From Malacoraja senta (lineage: Eukaryota), in NCBI GenBank assembly GCA_038087875.1, contig CM075999.1:1428001-1492000 (forward strand): a stretch of DNA of 64,000 nucleotides, read 5' to 3'. The stretch's first letter is position 1. The number at the start of each line of letters is the position of its first letter. The translations under genes and the position numbers were made by a program. Shown here piece after piece: positions 63,235 to 64,000 of this stretch. Below the pieces are notes generated by a model, which did not search any database, had not been told where the DNA came from, and was given only the letters and a program-made list of their open reading frames with translations.

Positions 63235-64000
63235 ATTTTCAAATTCGCAGACAGCATCACCTTTGTGGGCCAGATATGAAATAATGATGAGACAGAGTAT
63301 ACGAAGGAGATCGAGAACCTCGGGTCGAGACAACAACTTTTCTCTCAATGTCAGCAAGACAAAGGAGATAGTGATCGATTCCAGTTTGCATTGACGGTGC
63401 CGAAGTAGAGATGGTTGAAAACTTTAAATTCGTAGGAGTCAATATCACCAACCACTTCTCTTGAAACACCCAGACTGAAACAACGACCAAGAAAGCACAC
63501 CACGCCTCGACTTCCTTAGAAGGCTTAGGAAGTTCGGTATGTCCCCTACAACTATCACCAACTTCTACAGATGCCCCATAGAAAGCATTTTAATCAGGAT
63601 GCATCAGTTTAGTTTGGGAACAACTCCACCCAAGACCTCAAGAAATTGCAACGAATTGTGGACGCAGCCCAGACCATCGCACAAACAAACTTCCCTTCTA
63701 TTGATTCCATTTATACCTCATGCTGCCTCGGCAAGGCTAGCAGCACAATCAAGGACGATTCGTACCCTGGCCACTCCCTCTTCTCCTCTCTCCCATCGGG
63801 CGAAAGGCTTAGAAATGTGAAAATGCACAACTCCAGATTCAGGGACAGTTTCTTCTCAGCTGTTATCAGGCAACTGAATCATACCACCCCAACCAGAGAG
63901 CAGTGCTGAACTACTATCTACCTGTTTGGTGACCCTCAGACTATCCTTGATCAGACTTTGCTGACTTTATTTTCCACTAAAGGGCCATTCTTTGGAAAGT

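Larger units (their letters stand above)
61280..63975 (+). mobile_element. Degraded Rex1/Babar LINE (RT domain) split by two nested insertions
   Basis: [20 protein letters not shown]....CFERL...RIK | [13 protein letters not shown] ... PQGCVLSP...YTHDC.A...SNS | IFKFAD...; C-terminal SRFRDSFF.AVIRQLN. Confidence 0.9.

Overview
Eukaryotic (vertebrate) genomic DNA. The repeat landscape (HE1/V-SINE-like SINEs, CR1, Rex1/Babar, Penelope-like, L1/Tx1) suggests a cartilaginous fish, probably a skate or ray; this is an inference. The only host gene I can support is a PHACTR4-like gene on the minus strand. It has four phase-1 coding exons (15488-15321, 6666-6586, 2394-2200, 560/557-210) that splice into one frame encoding the KIFKPWKWRKKK motif, RPEL1 and the Pro-rich region. 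The gene continues past the left edge, and its first exon(s) are not fixed (candidates at 37168-37123 and 18512-18476). The rest is intron or upstream DNA dense with transposons, many nested. These include a near-complete Penelope-like element (RT + GIY-YIG, 17-bp TSD) interrupted by a Rex1 LINE, a 1.8-kb L1 3' end, a 1.7-kb CR1, a Harbinger-like MITE and a 1-kb TIR element. Most notable: (i) a minimal hammerhead-ribozyme-like motif in the Penelope terminus, spread through the window largely as fold-back mini-elements; (ii) a GC-AG intron required by reading frame; (iii) a CpG-rich element built from ~72-bp tandem hairpin units; (iv) a TAG...CTA TIR element with a 7/8-bp TSD. No CRISPR array, rRNA or bona fide tRNA gene was found. 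Most short ORFs in the supplied track are spurious or repeat-derived.
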